Source of the DNA: Macrostomum hystrix
Lineage: Eukaryota > Animalia > Platyhelminthes
Assembly: GCA_950097015.1 (NCBI GenBank)
Contig: CATNEN010000038.1
Coordinates: forward strand, 26,970,001 to 27,034,000
Direction of reading: 5' to 3'
Length of the DNA stretch: 64,000 bases
The notes beneath the pieces were generated by a model. That model worked only from the letters and a program-made list of their open reading frames with translations, ran no database searches and was not told where the DNA came from. Position 1 is the stretch's first letter. Each line of letters begins with the position of its first letter. The position numbers were made by a program, and so were the translations under genes. Below, piece after piece: positions 46,001-52,000 of this stretch.

Positions 46001-49000
46001 CGCGTCAGCAAGAATAAACTCTGGCCATAGACAAATGTCTGAAGCATTTGCTCACGTTTTCTTGAGTCAAGTCGGCAGCGTGCTCAGCGCCTATTCAGCA
46101 TAATACTTTCCTACTGCTCTGTTAGCATGGCTGAGTTTCTTCTAGAAAGGGCACCTGCCCAAATGAAAGTGTACTTGAAGAGACGTACGATGCATGCTTT
46201 CCGCGAGGATGAATACAGAAGTTGTATCGCTTCTCGCGTGCGATCGTGGAGTTTCTAGCGCAGCGATTTCTTGGTGAACGCAGAGAAACCCGAGGCGGTG
46301 CCGTACAACCGATGCAGCGAATCGAAATGACACTTAGGTACTTGGCGAATCCAGGATTTCAGAGCGGCATCGCGAGCGAATTCGGTGTTCATCAGACAAC
46401 TGTTTCGAAGACTGCATGGGAAGTGGTGCAAAGTGTTTGCACGGATGCAAGCTCCTGGATCAAGTGGCCAACCGAGACTCCGATTACTATTCATGACGCA
46501 AAGCAGGAGTGGTTCGAACGATTTAAGTATCCCGCTGCTATTGGGGCGATTGACTGCACCCACGTACGCATAGAGAAGCCCGGTGGGATAATCGGAAACG
46601 AGTACGTCAATCGGAAGGGGTTTGCATCCATCAACGTCCAAGCAACGTGCGACGTCCAGTGCAAGTTTACAAGCATTGACGCCCCGTGGCCTGGGTATCG
46701 TCTTGCTTGGTGACGAAGGCTATGGCATTGCGCCGTTTCTGATGAAGCCATTCAGCGATCCAAACATCCCATGGGTAGGAATTTCAATGCTGCTCACTCT
46801 AGAGCCCGCGTGGTAATCGAAAACGCATTCGGCCAGCTGAAGCGAAGATTTCCCATTCTGCAGTACATGATTAGAGTGAGTCTGGAGCGGGTGCCAACTT
46901 AAATCTTGGCGTGCTGCGTGCTACACAACATTGCGAAGGAACTGAACGATCGCGCAACAGAAGATGAAGCTGTTGACGTTGACTTGGATGTTCTGGAGTT
47001 AGAGGAACACAACGATGCTACCGCGGATCAACGCAGGGCAAACTCTTGCTCAAACTCAGAGTAGGAGCATTTACTCATGAGCAATTGCTCACTTTATTCA
47101 TACGGCCTATCTCCGCGGCTGCGCCCCAAATGAATGCGGTCCTTTGCCACGGACATTGATGCGAGAGGCAAACGCGTTAATCGCTCTGCCTCTGCCACTC
47201 ACCCTCCGTGGTTGTTGTGTCTATAAGCTACTATCATTATTAAATCTTAACCGTGAATGAATATTAAGCAATCGAAGCTTCTGGGCCGCAAATATAGCTC
47301 GTAGATTGATTGTTCTGTCTCCTAAGAAGCTCGACTGATTGTCTACTTCAGATACAAGTAAAAGTATATAACACTCGTTAAAGCCTAGAAGGCAAGTCAA
47401 GTAGATATGTAACAAGTAGGCCCTTTCTACTGCCTGGTGAATGCCTCCTTAACGGCCCCCGACTGTCTCTCTATTCATGCACTTGACACACTTGACGCGA
47501 CCAAGTTGATTGAAGCGGCAAAGCTGTTGGCTTTGCTCTTCTTAAAATGAAGCCTGTTTGTGTGTGTCATCTATTTTTTCTGCGTTAATGCACTTCTTCT
47601 TTACATTGCAAATAACTTGTGCTTGGAGTGGGACCAGAAAAAGACTGAAAGAAGGCTTGTCTTTAAGACAACAGCAATCTGTTAATGGATTGTCGCAAGG
47701 AAATGTCGCATGGGAACATGCACTGATGAGTTGGAATTCGAAACCCTAAAAATGAGTTAGACAAATCAAATTGAAAATCAGAAGAGAAAAATATTCTCTT
47801 AAAGCAGAAGTTAAGGCCTATAGTCTCGACTCTCGCCTAAAATAGATAAAGAGATAATAAAGAGAAAACTGTTCGCTAGATAACAAAAAAAAAACAAATC
47901 GCGTTTGAAACGATTTTGAGAAAAATTAAACGTGACAATCAGCCAGCAGAAACATTAAGAATTTTTTTATATAAAGGACTTTGATCTTTATCTCTTGATC
48001 TAGGCTTGGTGAATAGCCATGTAAAAGATATTTTATCATTTTTGGCGATTTCACAGGATCTTGATATTGCTGATAAGATCACGGGAATAAAATATTATAC
48101 TATGATGCTAATTTTACCTAAACCATTTCGTGATTTCTTTCTGACTCTTTCATGATAGAAAATTTTCTATCTAAAGATGGGATCTAAAGAATGATCGTAA
48201 TTTGGGCTCACTTATAAAGCCAGAAAACTTCGCTGGATTAGCAAGAAATACGCTCAGGGGAACATTGGGTTCTTGACAGCACAACCTACTTTGAGCACAT
48301 TTGCATCCTAGTCACGACTTATATTTCCTTTCTCGCGGGACACGATTTAGAGCTATTAGAGCAACGAGTTCGATTCTTGCAGTCATACAACTCAAAATAA
48401 CTACTTTTTTTCACTTGAAGATGAGGTTCTTGACACAACAGCAGACCATAAAGAAAACTATCCATTTTTAGCTATAGCTACAAAGAGGTAGACTACTGCG
48501 CTTGGGTCCCGCAAAGATCCAGATTTAAGACACTTCAGTTTTACTTTTTAAGTTTTAAACTTCTAAAATATTTATCCAAGTCTAATCTCTCCCGTGTCTA
48601 ATATCTCCAGTGTTTAATCTCTCCTGTTTTTAACCTCTCCTGTTTCTGATGTTTCTCGTGTTTAATCTCCCCCGTATTTAGATCTCTCCTGATTCTGATC
48701 TCTTCCGTGTCTTATCTCTGCTCTGTCTCATCTCTTTCGTGTCTCATCTCTCTGGTGTCTAATCTCTCTGGTGTCTAATCTCTCCCGAGTAACTCTCTCC
48801 TGTTTTAACCTCTACTGTTTCTGATCTTTCTCGTGTCTAATCTCTCCCGCATTTAAATCTCTACTGAATCTTATCTCTTCCGTGTCTCATCTTTCTGGTG
48901 TCTAATTTCTCCTGTGTTTCATCTCTTCCGTGTCTTATCTATCTGGTGTCTAATCTCTCCTGTTTCTGATGTATACCGCGTCTCATCTCTTCCGTGTCTA

Positions 49001-52000
49001 ATCTCTACTGTCATATTTCTCCTGGTCTATAATTTATTGCACTTCTGGTGGGATTTATTAGTTGCTTCCCATTTAACTACAAAATATTATTTAAAATTTT
49101 GCATTACTCACAACTTTATCGTAGAAGCCGAGAAATTTTTCCATCTCAGCCGATAATACCAACCTACCGGCTGAACCAAATCGGCCTCTCTTAGCGCCGG
49201 CTAATGTCTTATTGGTATTTACAGAACGATTAGCTCCGATCGTAATTTTTTCACTGTCGGCCCGACTTCTATAGGCTGTGTTGGGGTTATTATTGAGGCC
49301 ATAATTAGCATTACAGCTACTATTGTTGCAATTGCTTCCAGTCACAGCGATGGCGCTAGTGACGTTGCTTTTCTTGCGACCAAACGAATGACGATCAGCG
49401 AAGCCAATTCGCAGCTCTTTTCTTTGCGACATTGATTATTTAACAATAGTTTAACCATCGACTCGACAGATAAATTGTGTGAAAAAGCACAGATATTCGA
49501 CAAGTGTACGGGCGCTAGTGTTCACAGTCGTGCTGAATAAATTAAGCCAAACAATATAATGTTTGCACGGAACAAGTTTGTCACTGGAGAAAGTCTGCTC
49601 TCTCGCATTATATCTTGTCTTCGTTACAGTCAGTTTTTAATCTGCAAGTTCTGATTATTCCAGTTAAAAGCTAGCAGGCTAGAACTTTGACTAAAAACTC
49701 GCATTAATGCTGCACTGCTGCGTTTCTTGTCTGCAAGGTCGATCCATCACTTTCACAAATGTATATATATATATATATGCACACACAAATTCAATGTGTG
49801 TGTATGCCTTCTCTACCGCATGCTGCACTATAGTGAGGATATGTTTTCTTGACTGTCCTCCTAGCTGCAATTGTGGGACACGGAGGAGATGGGGAAGGAC
49901 TGGCAGCAGACCTATGACTGGACGACACAACTCAAGCTCACACTGACTCGGCCCTCCATCTCTGTCTTACTATCTCTTATTTTTGTGTTTTCTTACTAGT
50001 CGAGCTGCAAGCGACCAAGTTGGTGCTAAGGTCGAGTCTACATGACTACGAGTATGCCAAGCGTAACGGAGTCGGTCTGATAACGCAAAATAGAAATGCA
50101 TGTACGAAAAAATTTGTCAATAACCAGAATGACTCTAATGAGTAAACATTTCGAATCTTAATCAAGGCTCGGCAAAGCTTCAAAATACGCTCTGCAGATC
50201 CTTTTCAACAACTTATATCCCCGATTTAATTTATCCAGTGTTTGATTTTTCGCCTGTGTTTCTCCTGCGCCTCCTGTTCTCTCCACTGATTGATTTATAT
50301 ATCACCTGTCTAATCCTCTCCATCCTCATTTGTCAACGTATTCCGTCTCCTATTTTTGTCTTATCTACCGTCTCATCATTCTCCTGCCTTATATTTTTTA
50401 TGTCTTATCTGCCTTATCTAACTGTTTCATTTCTCTCTCACGTCTAATCTTTCGCCTGTCTTATAAGCATCATATATATCTTATCACTCAGCAGTTTTAT
50501 CTCTCACCTGTCTTATTTGTAGCCTATCTTATCTCTCTTACTTTCTTATTTCTCTTACTGTCTTATCTCTCACCTGTCTTATCTTTCTGTGTAATATTTC
50601 GCCTATGTATTTTATACGTATCTCATCTGCACTATAACCTAACTATCTTAACTCTCTAAGGCTGCTTAACTAACCTAATCTAATATAATCTAAAAAACTA
50701 ACATAATTATTTAACTCACACTATTAATCACTTTAAATTCAACGCTAAATGAAAGTATTTGTCAGTTAGACACACTTCTATAGGCCTGCTTATAGGGTCT
50801 CCAATTCACAGAAGCACTATATCACATTAAATATACATTATTCACCTTAATTTACATGTACAGATGTCTTTTAACATTACAGAGACTGCGTAGGTAATGA
50901 TTGAGTTAAGTCCCAGTTGGAAATTTTTAATGAAATTCTATACGGATGGAAAATGATCTATGAACCGGCCCCAATGGGACAACGGCATGGAAAAGAATTA
51001 GCAGACTTTTAATTGAAAAATGTTTCCCAAGTTGCTTGCTAGGCATGTTTTAAGTATAATAGCGAATAAAAATAGTCCAACTATAGTTCTACAAAATGAT
51101 GACAGTAAAAAACCTTCACTCCTAAAGGGCAATCTATTATCACTGAATTAAAACAATGTCAACCCATGACAGGAAATCTAATTAAATATGCACCAGCAAA
51201 GAGTGCATTCGCCATTAGATTTTTTGATCGAAGCATAACAACAATATTTATAAATTTATACTGTGAAGAGCTGAGGTGAGCAGGGGAGAGCTGAGGTGAG
51301 CAGGGGAGAGCTGTGGTGAGCAGGGGAGAGCTGAGGTGAGCAGGGGAGAGCTGAGGTGAGCAGTGAAGAGCTGAGGTGAGCAGGGGAGAGCTGTGGTGAG
51401 CAGTGGAGAGCAGAGGTGAGCAGTGAAGAGCTGAGGTGAGCAGGGGAGAGCTGTGGTGAGCAGGGGAGAGCTGAGGTGAGCAGGGGAGAGCTGAGGTGAG
51501 CAGGGGAGAGCTGAGGTGAGCAGGGGAGAGCTGAGGTGAGAAGGGGAGAGCTGAGGTGAGCAGGGGAGAGCTGAGGTGAGCAGGGGAGAGCTGAGGTGAG
51601 CTGGGAGAGCTGAGGTGAGCAGTGGAGAGCAGAGGTGAGCAGTGGAGAGCTGAGGTGAGCAGGGGAGAGCTGTAGTGAACTAGAATAATTGCAACAAAAC
51701 TCACCGCATTGCAGGTGTCAATCTTCATGCCGCTATTGAGAAAGTCCAACACCTTGGCGAGGTTGCCGGCGCGAGCGACGCGCAGAAAATTTTGATTCGG
51801 ATCCGCCTAGTGGTAAAGTTGAATAAAAAATTATAAATAGACATGTGGCTAATAGGTTATTTTAACTCCTAATAGTTAAAGCTTAGGCTTTTAAATAGAT
51901 AGTTAGGATACTAAATAACGTCATGAGTACACAAAAGTATTGCTATGATTACCTTTAATTTAAAACCAGTGCCCATTTTATTTCTAAGCCAATACTTAGA

